Below, piece after piece: positions 1 to 13,144 of a stretch of DNA of 64,000 nucleotides (positions within the stretch are counted from its first letter, which is position 1; every line of letters starts with the position of its first letter). The notes below the pieces were generated by a model, which was not told the DNA's origin, did not search any database, and was given only the letters and a program-made list of their open reading frames with translations. The stretch is from Lama guanicoe. Taxonomy: Eukaryota. Made by a program: the position numbers and the translations under genes. The stretch spans positions 21,653,520 through 21,717,519 of the forward strand of contig MU055600.1 of the NCBI GenBank assembly GCA_013239625.1. Direction: 5' to 3'.

Positions 1-939
1 CCAGGGCCCCAGCCCTCAGAGGGCAGGGCCTCACCTCTCTGGGACTACCCTGCAGATCACGCCTCTCAGTAACAGTGACAGCTGCCACCCACAGAGCGTC
101 CGCGAGGTGCCAGGCGCCACACTAAGAAACATCCCTGCCTCCTCACGTTCATTCCCCGACAGCCCGTGAGACGGGCATCTGTTTTTTTTTATGAGGCCGC
201 TGAGGCACCAGGAGGCTAAGCGACTCACCCAGGATCACATAACTCGAAGGAGCTGAGCAGGCTTTCCAATCCAAGTCCTCCAGCTCCGAATCAGCGCTCA
301 CAAGGCCCGTGCTGACTGATTTCCCGAGACCCGGCCAGCCCTCGGCCCTCGGGAGGAAGATGCGCAGCGCGTCCTGCCCTGGTGTCGCCCGCGGAGCTTC
401 GCCCAGGGGCAGGCGGAGCCCTGGTCTGTCCCCAGGGAGGCCAGGCGCCCCGCTGCTGACCACACTCTCTCCTGCAGGACCGCTCAGTGCCAAGGGGCTG
501 CCTGTGAACAGACTCGGGGTTCCCCAAACAGGAGCCCCAGCCTCTCACTAGCAGCCCTGTCTTCTTGGAAGTCATCTAGGTTTGGGGCAACTCAGAGGGA
601 GAAGTGTGATACGTATTGCTGGGGCCTAGAAAACCTGGCATTGTCCCACCCTCCTGTCACAAATCAGTCGGAGGAACTCTGGGCGTGGTGTCAGGCGCCA
701 GAGGTCAGCAGCCCAGCTCCAGATCTTCGTGGCCCTGCAGACATGAGTCAGCTGAGTCTCAGTGCCTCATCTGCCAGCTGGAGACCAGAGTGCCCACCTC
801 GCTGCTAGGGACGTCTGGGGTCTGGTCCGTGGCCAGTCCCCAGAACCTGAGCTCCTGAGCCTCAGTTTCCTCCCCTGCTGCTGCTTACTGGCCACCTGGC
901 CTTCACTTACCTCACCTCACTCAACGACCACAGTAATAC

Positions 940-1075
940 TTGGGTGGAATAAAGAAACCCAGGCTCAGAGGAGTCAAGCAAGTTGCCCAAAGTCACGTAG
1001 CTGGCAAGACATGGAGCCAGGATTCCAACCCAGGCAGCATGGCTCCAGGTTCCAGGCTCGCAACCACTGTGTCAC
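940..1075. mobile_element. MIR SINE core
   Basis: gaaacccaggctcagag..gcccaaagtcacgtagctggcaagacatggagccaggattccaacccaggcag. Confidence 0.8.
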
Positions 1076-4000
1076 AGTGCCTTCCAGTGGCAGGACGCCT
1101 TATATGCTATCAAATGTGCAGAGTCTGCATGGCTGGGGAGATGCGGAGCAGGAAGAAATTAGGGAAAAAATAGCAATTACAAAAATGTGGGAAGACTCCT
1201 GGGGTTTTGCCTCCATCTCAGCAGACTTCCTGGAGGAGGTGGGGGCTGAGCCCAGTCTCACCAGGTCGCAGGGTGCAGAGTGACTGGTGGAAAGGGGCCT
1301 GGCTGCCCATCTGGGACGGGGAGGGAGCGAGGCGTGACGGGACTGCCGTGACAGTGAGCACCAGGCGCTCTGCTAGGTGCTTTCTGTGGGATCTCTCCCC
1401 TAGCCCCCCAAGAGCCCTGTGGGGTAGGTACCGTGAACGTGGCCCCTTGACACTTGGAGAAGCTGACTTTCCGAGAGACTGAGTGGCTTTCCCAAGGTCT
1501 CACAGCAGCTGAGGGGAGGAAGCACGATTCCAGCCCAGGCTCAGAGCGCTGAGCCCCACGCCCAAGTCAGGGTGACACCTCCCCAGGAAGAAAGCCCCTG
1601 CCCGGGTCCTCGCCTGCCTGCCGTCCGCACGCGGCCCTTCTCCCTGGTGACACTTCTCTCAGCTGAGCCGAGCAGAAGGAAGAAGGACTTCCTTTCCCGT
1701 GTGTCCCAGCCCCCAGAAGCCCCAGGGCAAGTGGAGGATGCCTGGAGAACGAACGGGCCTTGCTTGAGGACGGACGCTTAGCTGTGTCTCTGTCGCCCCC
1801 TGCTGCCCCAACAGGGAACTTCACAGGACCGCAGCCCTTAGGGAGCAGCCCAGCGCGGGCTGGACGGCTGGCCAGAGCAGTGCTTCCTGCGACGTCATCC
1901 TTGGAGAAGGACTAAGCTGTCATTTTGGGGGTTTTTTCCCAACCTCCAATCTTTCATGGACCAATACTTTGTGAAAATGCAATAAAAATGAATTAGTTTA
2001 AAAATGAAATGCCGCTTGAATGACACGGCAACGTCAAATTGCTGTAAAAGCTTCTACATGCTTCCCCTACGTCCTCAGTAAGTGCTCCCTGTGCCTGCCT
2101 CCAGGTGCCAACTGTCCGGGAGCCAGCACAGTCCAGGGACCACACCAAGAGTGGCACTGGTCCAAACGGCCATGGGCAAAGGTTGGCCTGAGGTCACGTG
2201 GCTCGTGATGAGGAATCCATCCCCCGGGGCACGGCCTCAGCCGAGGGCAAGGACTCTGTGCCATCCTGAGACTCGGGTCCAGCTGCTGGCCCGGGGGCAT
2301 CTCTGGACTTGCAGCTGGAACAGAAGGAGAGCTGAGGCCTGAGAGAGCCCCAAGGGCAAGGCCCCGAAGACAGTGCCCAGAAGCCAGATCCCGGGTTCTG
2401 CCGTCCCCGGCTGTGGGACAGAGGGGCAGAAAGCTGAGGCCGTCAGAGCCCAGGAGGCCTTTGGAAGGCAGACCCTCCCCCTGGCAAGCTGGAGAGGGGG
2501 TGGGTGCCTTAGCCTGATGGGGCACAGGGGTGACAGGGCTTAGGTCCAGAGTCGGATGGCCACCTTGCCACTCCGAGGTTCCTCTCCCACAGACGCTCTC
2601 TGGGATCCCTCCTAAGTCTGACGTCCTGCGCCTGTCCCTGGAGGTGGGCTGCCGGCCCTCAGGGCGGGCAGCAAGGCTCCTGCACTGCCCGGAGGAGACG
2701 GCAGACCCAGCGGACTGGAAACGGCAGCAGCTGTGCATTGCAGGCTGTCCCCGGGGGCGAGGCGGGTCCGGCTGGGTGCAACAGGGGGTGCCGCGGAAGG
2801 CAGAGGTGCCACGAGCCGCTGCACGAAGGCACTTGCCGGAACCAGGAGCCTTGAGGGAAGTCGGGGCAGCCCTGTCCACGGTGCCTGGCCGCCTCGCACA
2901 GGCCGCGCGCTCCACCTGCCCAGCCTCAGAGGAAAGAAACCCAACAGCTTCAAAGAGAGCAAACAGCAGCCGAGCAAGGAGCAGGCTTCCCACCCCTTCC
3001 CGGCCAAGGTGAACAGGCTGCAAGTCTGTTGACAGAAAAGAGTCATCAATTTTTCATCACCCAGCGAAGGCAACAGAACGTCTCAGGATGTCAACAGTTT
3101 CCAAGCAACAAAGACAAACCAAATATGCAGTCCCCTCACCCGAAAAGACGTTTCCTCTGCCAGCGGCAGCTTGGATGGGCGCGGGGGCGGGGGGCGGAGG
3201 CCAGTCACGCCCCTTGGCGGCCGCACCAGCTGACCCAGACCTCCGTGGTCTGCGGCTGTCTGCAGCGACCCCGTTAGCAGATCTGGTCAGACGATGACTC
3301 AAGGCCAAGCCGGTCCTTGGGGAGGATTCGGGCACCAGAATTAAGGCCGGAGGGATCAGCTGGCGTGTCTTATTCACCTATTTATTCAATAAACATTTTT
3401 GAGGGCTCTTAAGGCCTGTGTTCGGGCCTGGGGCTGAGTCTGGCTGGGGAGAGGAGCCAGGATGGACCACTTTCCCTCGCCTTGTGGATAAGAAAACGGA
3501 TAGCCAGAGAGAGGACGCAGCTGTCCCAAGATCACAGGGCCACCTAGGGGCCAGGGTGTACATGAACCCCTAGCCCGATACTTGGTGGCTGTGCCAAGGT
3601 CCCTAGGTGGCCCAGGACTCTGTGCCTGGAAGGAGGCTGGCACGGACGGAGTCTCATCCAGAGTGAACGCAGCAAGCTTTCTAGAGACCTTTAGCAAAAG
3701 TGTTCAGATACCAAATCTAAAAACCGAAGCGGAGATGGTTCAGCTCCCACGGGCGGCACGGGGCTGCTATTTCTACCTCTGATTGTCACCGAAGCAGCCG
3801 GACGGCCCTTGCAGAGCACGTCCTCGGGCCTGAGGCTCCCAGGATGTCTCCTCATGTTTGCGTTACCGTTTCCCAGTGAATGTCAATGGAGACTCAAGAA
3901 TAAGTCAACACAGGTCCTCACAGTAAACGGCAGGGCTTGTTAGCAGAGTAAACCGTGTGCTTAGCCCGTCTTAAAAGAATCTTCACTGAGTAAACAGAAG

Positions 4001-5626
4001 GAAGGCTTTGCTTGAGAGTAAGCGGAGCTGGGAGCTGAGGTGCGCCTGAGGGCTGGAAGGTGACTCCTTCCTGGGCTGGGAGCTGTCCCCGGGGTCCTGG
4101 GAGGGAGCTGGCCTTGGCTGTGGTGCAAGGGCCAGGGCGCCCTGGGAAGACCTTCCTGCCAGGAGGCATGGGGATGGGAGGCCAGAGGGGTCAAGGGACT
4201 TAGTGACGGTCACACGTCAGCTGAGGCAGAGGTAGACCCCTCTTGCCCAGCGGGCTCTGCCCTCCCAAGGGGCTGACTCTCTTGTGGAGAAGGCGAAACC
4301 CCAGCCTCTGAGAGACTCTCCAGAGGAGAATCTGGGGGTCCGTCTCGTTTGCTGTGAGGCATCCGGGTGTCAGCCTTCCCGGGGCGACTTTTACACTTAA
4401 ACACAAAGCAAGGAACTGCAGCCCTTCTGAAGACAGCGGTGGGAAGATATCTGGGGCCCAAACAGGTGAGCAGCTTTCTGTCCCCGAGCGTTAACACTGA
4501 TTCAATCTTACCCTTCATGGCAGTGGCTTCTGGGCCTTTGCCCACACCTCACAACTTCCTTGACGGCCTTATTCACAGGAGCTTCTCATTTTCCCAAGTT
4601 TAAAAAAAAATTTAGGTCTGAAATCTTTGACCCATAAACTTTTTAGTCTCAAAAACCCAAGTGCAAATGCTGACTTTAAATCATCTCAAATAACTTTTCA
4701 CCAGAAAAAAAAGAACGCAACCTGAAACACTCCACTTCTTGTTTAATCTATGGATTCCTTTCCTCTTTCTTGACAGGATCTAAGAACACAGATCAAAGCA
4801 CAAGTGGCAGTGAAGTCATCACAAGAACCACAAAAAGAAGTTGTTTTAGCTAGTGCCGAGGAGAGGCTGGGGGAGCCAGCCGCCGCCCAGCGAGGGCAGC
4901 TCAGCAGACGGGCGGCGGCGGGCCAGCTCGGGCCGGCGGCAGCGGGGCCGGGCGGCAGGCGCGCTAGGTCACAGGGCCCTGGTTACTATGAAGGGGACGT
5001 GGCTCCCCTTCCCAGAGGGGGCAGACTGTCTCCTGGCCCTAAATGTTTCACCCAAGACCTTACTTAGGAGACAGTAACAACACGGCCCTTCCACGAGCTT
5101 CATGGCCGACGCGCAGCGGTCTTCCCGTGGCCGGGCCGTCCAGCCACCGTGCAGACGAGCCCAGGGCACGCCGGGCCTCACGGCAGCTCAGGAATGTCCT
5201 GCCTTGTTTTCAGACGAGAAATGAGCCGAAGCGTATTTAGAGGGAAAGTCAGACGTGCTGAGCACATTGCACAGGAGGCAAGACCATGTTCAAGGGCACT
5301 TGGTTTCCTCTTGACTGGGTCACTGGTGGGCACACAAACATGCCTTCCCTTTCAAATGTGTGGACTGACGTGCTCGCCCCTGGGCCACCAGCCCCGCCAC
5401 CCCTGCCTGCCTCGCACCCCAGCCCACCCAGGCTCCCCTATCACGAGGCAAACTTATCCGAGTAGCTATCCCTAGGACCGACCACTCGGGGGCAGCACTG
5501 AGCCAGCATCGGGGGAAAAAGGTCCAAAATTTTCTTTGTAGGCAAAACCGTCCAGTATAAGTGCAATTCTACCAATCTACTAACTCCGTGAATCCTGAAA
5601 ACCCAAAATATGGCTGTTCCCATAAA

Positions 5627-5914
5627 TATTTAAAGGGTGTAAAAATAAAACAGCCACTCCAGCGGTAGGAAGGATTTCTCAGATTCCCTTCTTAATTTTT
5701 TAAGTGTCAATCCATGATGCGAGATAGCAAAGAAATGCTAACAGTTTTTTTTAACAAGAACTGTTCTAAGTTATTTAAAGGGTGTAAAAATAAAACAGCC
5801 ACTCCAGCGGTAGGAAGGATTTCTCAGATTCCCTTAATTTTTTAAGTGTCAATCCATGATGCGAGATAGCAAAGAAATGCTAACAGTTTTTTTTTAACAG
5901 GAACTGTGCTAAGT
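5627..5914. repeat. Tandem duplication, 2 x ~145 bp
   Basis: 5627-5771 is repeated at 5772-5914 with only about 4 differences. Confidence 0.97.
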
Positions 5915-6110
5915 GCTTAACATGCACCATCTCATTTAATCCTACAAGAACTCTCTGAGGTAGGTACCATCATTAGCCCCAGCATGCACATGAAGAAACT
6001 GAGACACAGAGAGGTTAGACAACTCACCTAAGGTCACATAGCCCTATTTATTGGCAGAGTGGCATTTGAGTCAACCCAGGTGGCCTGACATCAGGGTGCA
6101 TAACCCTGCA
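5900..6110. mobile_element. MIR SINE
   Basis: tctcatttaatcct..gaaactgagacacagagaggttagacaactcacctaaggtcacatagc. Confidence 0.85.
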
Positions 6111-7079
6111 TACCGTACCATATACTATGCGATCTCATGGCTGGATGAGCTGTCTAGTCCACATTCGTTCCCTCAACAGACATTGTTTTCCTTATCCCAG
6201 CCTCAGCCTAATGTCCAGAAAAGTTTCTCCTTATTCTCCTTATTTTCAGCTAAAACTCCGAATTGGTCAGGGTTTTTCCCTCCAGAGCTGCTTCGGATAA
6301 AGTGAGTTTCCCTTCCATACTAAAACCCCTACAATTTTTGAAAAATTAATAACAACATTCATTGTTGCTCCCCAACCCTCGAACAGCCCTACAGCAGGAA
6401 CGAGGTCATTAGTCCCTGTTTACAAAAATGTCCCTTTCCACTCCTGCTGGTTAGCGAAAGTGCTGGACAACTCTCGACGCGGAGGTTTCACAGCAGACTA
6501 GGTGCCTTCATCCACCAGCCGATGCCCAAGACCACAAGTGCTGTTACTAAACCAGACTTAAGAGCTACTAAAGGTAATGCATGGTTGTGGTTTTTAGAAA
6601 TGCAAGCAATATGGAAGAGGATAGACTGGAACCGGAAAACCTCTCTCCCACCCTGTCCAGTCTCCTCTCAGAGGGAATCCCTGTAGCTGCTTTTGAATTC
6701 CAGGAATTCCCTTTGCACATACAAACATGTGCGTGTGAGTCTTTTAGGGTCACGTTATGTACACCGATTTGCTTTCACCGGCGGTCCCCCAGATGCCTTG
6801 CACTAGAGCACTCCTGCTAACGGCTACATGAAAACCTCCCTTCGTGTACCTTTCCGCCTCTCCTATAATGCTTCGGTGAAACTACATGTATTTTTGGACG
6901 GCTTCCTAGAAGTGAAATTCCTGGGTGGGAGGTACGAGCACTCTTAATTCTGAGAGACAGAACCCAATCACACTCTTTAAAGAGCTGTCGTGATCTTCAC
7001 TCAAAGTCACAGTCCATGTCCCAGTCTTGGCATGATTTGTAATTCAGCTGCTGAACCGTCCTTCGCTGTCCGAAGGCAG

Positions 7080-8160
7080 CCGCCGACCCAGCCATGCTTT
7101 CAAGCCGCGCGCCCGCGTGCCAGGCGCTGCGGGGGTCTGGGGGGCTCTGGGGGGTCCGGGCTGCCCCGGCCGGCGCTCCGCAGCGGAGCCGCTCGGAAGG
7201 CTCTGGGCCCGGTCCGGCTGCCCGCGGAGGGGCCCGGGGGCGGCTTGCTTGGCGGCTTCCCTCGGGGTCTCGTTTCGTCTCGCGGCTTCCCAGGTGCCTC
7301 GGCGCATGGCAGGCAGTCGAAAGAGGGCGTGCTTTCCTGCCTCTTTCTCCGGGCCGAGCGCGCTCTCCGGAGCCGCAGGCGCTGGGCACAGCCCAGACCC
7401 ACCCCCGAGGTGAAGCCCAGGGGGCCGACTCCGGCCAACTAGCCACGCCGGACGCCCGGACCCGCCGCGGCTCCCGCCTCCCCGCCAAACAGGCTTGAGG
7501 CGGGAATGGGCCTACAGATAGGCCCCATCTCACTCCTGTCCGCCAATTAAAGTGCAGGGACCTCCAGACCGAGAGGCTTCACGACAGACTAGTTGCCCTG
7601 ATCCAGGAACCAGCTGCCCGGACCGCGATGCCGCCACCAAACGGACAGGCGGGACGGATGCTACTGGGCATGCGCGAAAGTCCGAGGCGGCGCGCCCGCG
7701 CGCGCCCCTGGCGGTCACTGGGCCTCAGTGCGGCTGCGGCGCTCGGCTCCCCTCCCCGGCCACGCTCGGCTTCTGGCCCCGCCCCTTCCTCCGCGCGGTG
7801 TTGATTGACGGCAGGCGGGGCTCGAGGGCAGGTGCGTGAAGCTGTCATCAGCGCTACTACGGAGTCTGGATCCTCCCGAAGGCACAGAGAGGCGAGCCGG
7901 CCTGGCCTCGGTCTCCGAGTTCTCCTGCGCCTTCTCTCCCACTCCAGGCCACGTGGACGCGACGAGGTAGGTAACGGGTCACCGTGTCCAGGAGGAAGTT
8001 TGCGGGCTGCGGGCGCCACGCCGGCTTCAGCCGTCCCACTTGCTGAGAATTCCACGTTTATCAACAAGGCGTCACCTGCGGTGGGGGGATGCCGGGACGC
8101 CCTCGCCTTGCGCCAGTGGACCCGGGGCCTGCGGGTTTCCGGATTAAGAATGTGTGAAAC
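7080..8160. promoter_or_regulatory. Orphan CpG island with promoter motifs
   Basis: CpG-dense; E2F-like GGCGGGAA 7499-7506, NRF1-like GCATGCGC 7668-7675, GC box 7777-7785. Confidence 0.75.
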
Positions 8161-11100
8161 CAGACCCGGTACCAGCGTCTGCGCCTTCCGTCCTCCTCTG
8201 GGCCTGTGGGCCCCCACCTCAGCTCCTGAACACCCACACCTGAACCTGGCCACCTGGAAGGTGCGTGCTAAGTGTGCACTGAGTGCAGGAGGCTGGCGGG
8301 AGGGGGCAGGCCTGCCGCGGTGGGAAGAGCACTCGCTAGTCCTGAGGCTCGGTTCCCGTTCTGGCTCTGCTAATCACTGGTGCGTAGCAAGTTCCTCCTC
8401 CTGTCTGGGCCTTGATTTCCTCCCGTGTGAAAGGAGAGGGTTGGACTCTGGTAAGTACACAGTAAATGCCAGCAACGAGCCAGGCACTGTGATGAGTACT
8501 GGGGATACAGGTGAGCAACACAGGCCTGATCCCCGAATTCACTGTGTGGAGGGAGGAAAATACTGAACACACTACCAAAAACGCAGTTACGCACTTACTT
8601 CTAAGAAGTGGTGCACCGGGAACTCAGAGCAGTGGGGTGGGCTTCTGAGGCCAGGAGGAGTAGGGTTAGTTGGGTGGGTAGTCAGTGGCCCAGGCAGAGG
8701 GGCGATACTGGAAGGTGAAAGGCACACATATCTTACTTTAATTGAACATCATAATAACCCTTAAAATACACAAGTAAGAGGAGCGGAAGTTTCAGTGAGT
8801 TAAACTGAGTAGATCTTGCAGGGTCTTTGGAAGCCCATAACCATTTGAGCAATTCTGTGAAAATAATGTGACGCCCCTTGAGCCAGTGCACTGACGTTAG
8901 TGTTCCAGAAGACTGTTGGATCTGACCTGAACAGGCCAGGTTCCACGATGCATGCTGTGTGCTATTTGTGCTCTGACTTTGCGTGACGCGTCCTGGCTGT
9001 TTCAGAACTAAAAACATCCATCTTCTGTTGAAAGCAGCCCATGTCAAAAAAAAAAAAAAGCAGCCAGTGTCCATCTCAAGCTGAAGGGTCCAGGCTTGAC
9101 TGCAAAGACAGAGATGAGAGGAGCGGCTTGCAAAGTGCAGAGAAAAATCAAGAGCTGGTCACCGTACCTTACAAAAGCACGCGTGTGGAGGAGACACCGG
9201 GTCTGGTAGAAGAAACGCAAGATTGACACAACTGAGGTGGCAGCCCCACGCTGGCTGTACGGACTTGACGAGGCTCTCCAACCATCTGAGCAGCATCTTG
9301 ATAAACAGGACTAGTTAAGTTCTCCCGAAGTATAAAATTCGGAACTGGAGAATGTGTGGAAGTTACTTCTAAACTGTGAAGTGCTATCCTACCAGCTCAG
9401 TGATCACCTGGCTCATGTTGTTCCCTCAGCGTTTTACTGTATATACGCCTCCAAATTCTGGGCGAGAAAGGATTTGACACATTTGAATTTGTAGCAATAC
9501 ACCAAATCGTTTTGTTGCATAAACGTTTTTAATTCTTTCAGTTAGGTTTTCTCTTTTCTAAAGGTGGTTTTAAACTTAACTTTTCACATGTGGATCTCTC
9601 TCATCACTTTTAGTTGAGAAGGAGCAAAACACAAAATGAGAGTAAAGCAAAAATTAGAGTAAAACAGTTGGCAGGAGTTTCAGATTTTTTTATGTATCCC
9701 ATCGTGCTGAACACATTCAGTGGTTTTTGTTTTTTGTTTTTTGTTTTTTTTTGAAGTTGTTTTCTTAGCTGGTTTGTCAGTAAGCACATCTCTTCCTAAA
9801 ATTCTCCAGAACATGAGGATTCGAGCCCGTACGCCCAACCCTGGCTTGCTGCTAACGCTGGCTTGTTAGAGGGGGTAAGCGAGCTGGCCGTGGACCTAGG
9901 TATGCTTTCAGTGGCCACAGGAGACAAGTGAATAGAATTTTAAGAGCAATGGAATTGTTTAAACAAAGTAACTATGCTTGGTGAACAGTCAGAAGCGTCA
10001 AGTCAGTTATGAGAAACCAAAGCTGTTGTGTGATTGGGAAAGATCGGCAGAGACGTGGTTTGAGGAGACAGGGCTAGACCTGGACGCTGGGACCCCGGGA
10101 AACCTTGTGCAGAAGGGAAGTACCATCCGTGTGGCAGCAAGCTTTGATGGGTGTGTTCACTTACTCGGTTCAGTCTCCAGTGTGAACTCAATGTCATCCC
10201 CATTTTGCAACGAGGAAATCAGGTTTCAGAGAACTGAAAGATGGGTGGAACTGGGCAGGCTTTTTGTTCACTGAAAAAATGAATACGCCTGGCATTCCTG
10301 GACATGGCTGTGGGCCCCCTAATTTGATTAGCAGATCATTCTTTGGAAAGGCTTCTATTTTTAGCTATTACGGTTTTACTGTGTCAAGATTTCTTTTAAA
10401 GCTGGGCCGGCCATTAGGCCATGCTGACACCGGAGCTGCTACACTGAATGTCTGCACTGCACTGTGCGGTTTGGGTAGCTGACCTGATGTTAACACCCCA
10501 GCTTACCACTTAGTTTTCAGCTGTTCTGGACACTGTGCTTTCCTTCATTTTGTCAGTATTCTCTATCCCACTCAAAACATTTCTCGTTATGTGAAATAGG
10601 TACTCTGACACCCGAGTGCTAAAAGCAAGGGACCCCTTATCTCAACGCTGGGAGGCTGTACTCAGTGCATTACAGATGAGAAAACCACTGCACGGGGGAG
10701 AAGGGAGCACGGGGTGGGGAGCTGTTAACAGGCTTTGGCGTCAGAGCCTCGTTTGTCTTTCCATGTACTTAGTAGGAATGCACCTGACACAGGGCCTTAC
10801 CCCATTACCGTGGGACCGTGGTGCAGAGTGGCATGACACTTGTGCAGCAGTGCTGGCCTTGGGTTAAGTTAGTTGATGGATGAGGAATGAGAGGAAAAGC
10901 ACTGGTGTGCAGATCGGACAAGTTTTATGACACATCCCTCAGCACTCCATGGCCCTTCTCTATTATCACAACTCCGAAATCTGAAGTGACATATGTACGC
11001 TTCCTTATTATACCCCTCCTGCCTCGAAATCCTGAATTATTTACCATCCCTTTATCAGACATGTCTGAATCCACCTTATTTTTGAGCTTTGATAATTTAG

Positions 11101-11906
11101 GACCACTAATTTTCTGGGTGACATACCTTTAAGCATTCCCAGAGATGCATCTTTATGTCTGTTAACACCCAAAGTGGAACTGCTGGGTTATATGGATTTA
11201 ACTTTACAGGCCACCCCAGCCGTTTGCCCAAGTGGTTCCTGTACACTGGAGTGAGGACATTTGGGGGCTACAAAGTCCTGCTTTTTCATCAAAGCCTCAA
11301 TCTCATGTCCTCAATGCAAAAGAGCAAGATGTTCCGAGTGTCTGTCACCTACCAGGTGCTGTGAATACAGAATCGTGAAAATCCAGCCCTAGGATGATCC
11401 TGGCATTTTGAAAAGTGAACTCACTTCCACTTCACACCATTGGTCACCCCTTCCCCAAAAGCTACCTCATTTTTCAAATACAGGTTTGAAATCTGGTTTC
11501 ATTCACTCTGTGATAACTAACCTAAGTTTCCCCCCGTCAGTCAGTATTGTTGAACTAAACCCAGGGATGCAATAGTTAATACTCCCAGCACAGTTCCAAT
11601 AATTTTATAGCCAGGCTCATACTTGGAAATTTCAAGGGGCTTTCTAAATCTGAGGTCTGGCTCAGCTCCTCTGCCCCTGCCCAACAGTGACTCTTGCATC
11701 TAGAGGACAAACCCTGTAATCACGAAGTCAGGTGGGTAAATCAGAGCGAGGTACCTGCTCCGCACCTTTCTCCTCTCGCCTCTGCATGCAGCTCCCACTT
11801 CTGCACCCGGCTAGTCGCGGCAGACAACACAGCCGGCCAGCATTCCTCTTACTGAGCACATCTCCAGAACTCTCAGAAAGAACAGCAGCAGCGAAGAGCT
11901 CAGCTT

Positions 11907-11912
11907 TTTATT
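11907..11912 (-). terminator. RPLP1 polyadenylation signal AATAAA
   Basis: AATAAA about 20 nt after the stop codon, followed by a GT-rich downstream tract. Confidence 0.9.
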
Positions 11913-11932
11913 GGATGCGTTCCTACAGAGGT

Positions 11933-12130
11933 CTAGTCAAAAAGACCAAAGCCCATGTCGTCATCAGACTCCTCGGACTCTTCCTTCTTCGCTTCCACTT
12001 TCTTCTCCTCAGCCGGGGCGGCGGCAGCGGCGGGCGCGGGGCCTCCTGCGGGGGCAGCCCCGGCGGCGGGGGCGGGCCCACCGGCCCCCACGTTGCAAAT
12101 GAGGCTCCCGATGCTGACGTTAGCCAGAGC
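11933..12130 (-). CDS. RPLP1: RPLP1 terminal coding exon (198 nt; equals human exons 3+4 fused)
   Basis: ttgcag|GCT acceptor; uninterrupted to the P-protein C-terminus [11 protein letters not shown] and TAG at 11935-11933. Confidence 0.97.
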   Translation of the reverse strand, partial: ALANVSIGSLICNVGAGGPAPAAGAAPAGGPAPAAAAAPAEEKKVEAKKEESEESDDDMGFGLFD

Positions 12131-13069
12131 CTGCAACACACGCACGTACAGGTAAACGCTCAGTTGCGTCCTTTTGTTAGACAGCGCTCCCGTAGAAAAG
12201 AGGTACCCCCCCTTTCAAGGCGGTAATCCATTCCCAACGCTTTATATATGTTTCTAGTCCTTCTTTGCTGCAATCTACCAGTGACATTGTCTGCTACTTG
12301 GATTCCATAAAGCCCAGAGCAACCCACAGCTATACGGAAAATAAGCAGTTACAAACACTCCTCAGGCTTTAGGTCTCATCTTGCATTTTAGCAGTAAAGC
12401 GCCACTAACTGAACTGCTTCCGTCTGCAGATGACAAGACTGGCCCCACAACGCTGGCTGCCTTGGACACTCAAAACCAGGATTCCTTCCACGGCTCATGT
12501 CTCCTAACAGGGAATTCCGTTTTTTCAGACTGCTACGTGATTCTAGGACTTCTCCCCAAGGGAATTCAGTAAAGAGGACACAGAGACAGTGTTTTCAACC
12601 GTTAAAATCCTGTTGAAGGACACAAGACGAACAGCTTCACGTGCCAGTAACCCACACAACGGAAGGCAGCCAGCGCCCGGTCCCTCGCGGGGGAACCCTG
12701 CCTCCATCCGTCTCTTGGATCCCAACAGACTAAGTGGTCAACAAAGGCCACTGCACCCAATTCCCACTGAAACAGACCGTCCGCATCTACTTCCAACAGC
12801 ACAGACGAGATAATCTTCTGCATGACCCTTGTAGTAAGGGAGGACCGGGTCATATATTTATCACGGTTTCAAAACAGAAGGAAAGAGAAAACAGAGCTTG
12901 AGACCAGAGACAAAGGCATGGCAAACCAAAATTTAAATTAGCTCCGAGAGACGGAAACGTGAGGAATCCCCCTTGGACGAAGTCCAGTGGAGTGCGGGGC
13001 GTTCCGCACGCCTGGAAGTCAGCGTCAACGCCGGACTGCACCGGATTCCGAAATTCGCTATCACCTCAC

Positions 13070-13144
13070 CTTTGCAAACAAGCCCGGCCAGAAAGGCTCG
13101 ACGTTCACTCCGGCTGCTTTAATGAGGGCGTTGATCTTGTCCTC
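13070..13144 (-). CDS. RPLP1: RPLP1 coding exon 2 (75 nt)
   Basis: tttcag|GAG acceptor; EDKINALIKAAGVNVEPFWPGLFAK; AAG|GTGAGG donor. Confidence 0.97.

Noticed and set aside
2067..3023. 318-aa ORF and overlapping ORFs
   Set aside because: Low-complexity G/P/R/A-rich translation with ORFs open in several frames and no recognisable domain; expected in GC-rich DNA.
744..6073. AP-1 sites (744, 3295, 6067) as an enhancer cluster
   Set aside because: Three dispersed 7-mers over 5 kb is too close to chance to call.
7805..8566. 253-aa ORF in the orphan CpG island
   Set aside because: Non-ATG start, runs into MIR/L2 remnants, no homology recognised.
11933..12130. RPLP1 processed pseudogene interpretation
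   Set aside because: The segment begins exactly at a splice acceptor, is in phase with exons 1-2 upstream, and has no poly-A tail or TSD.
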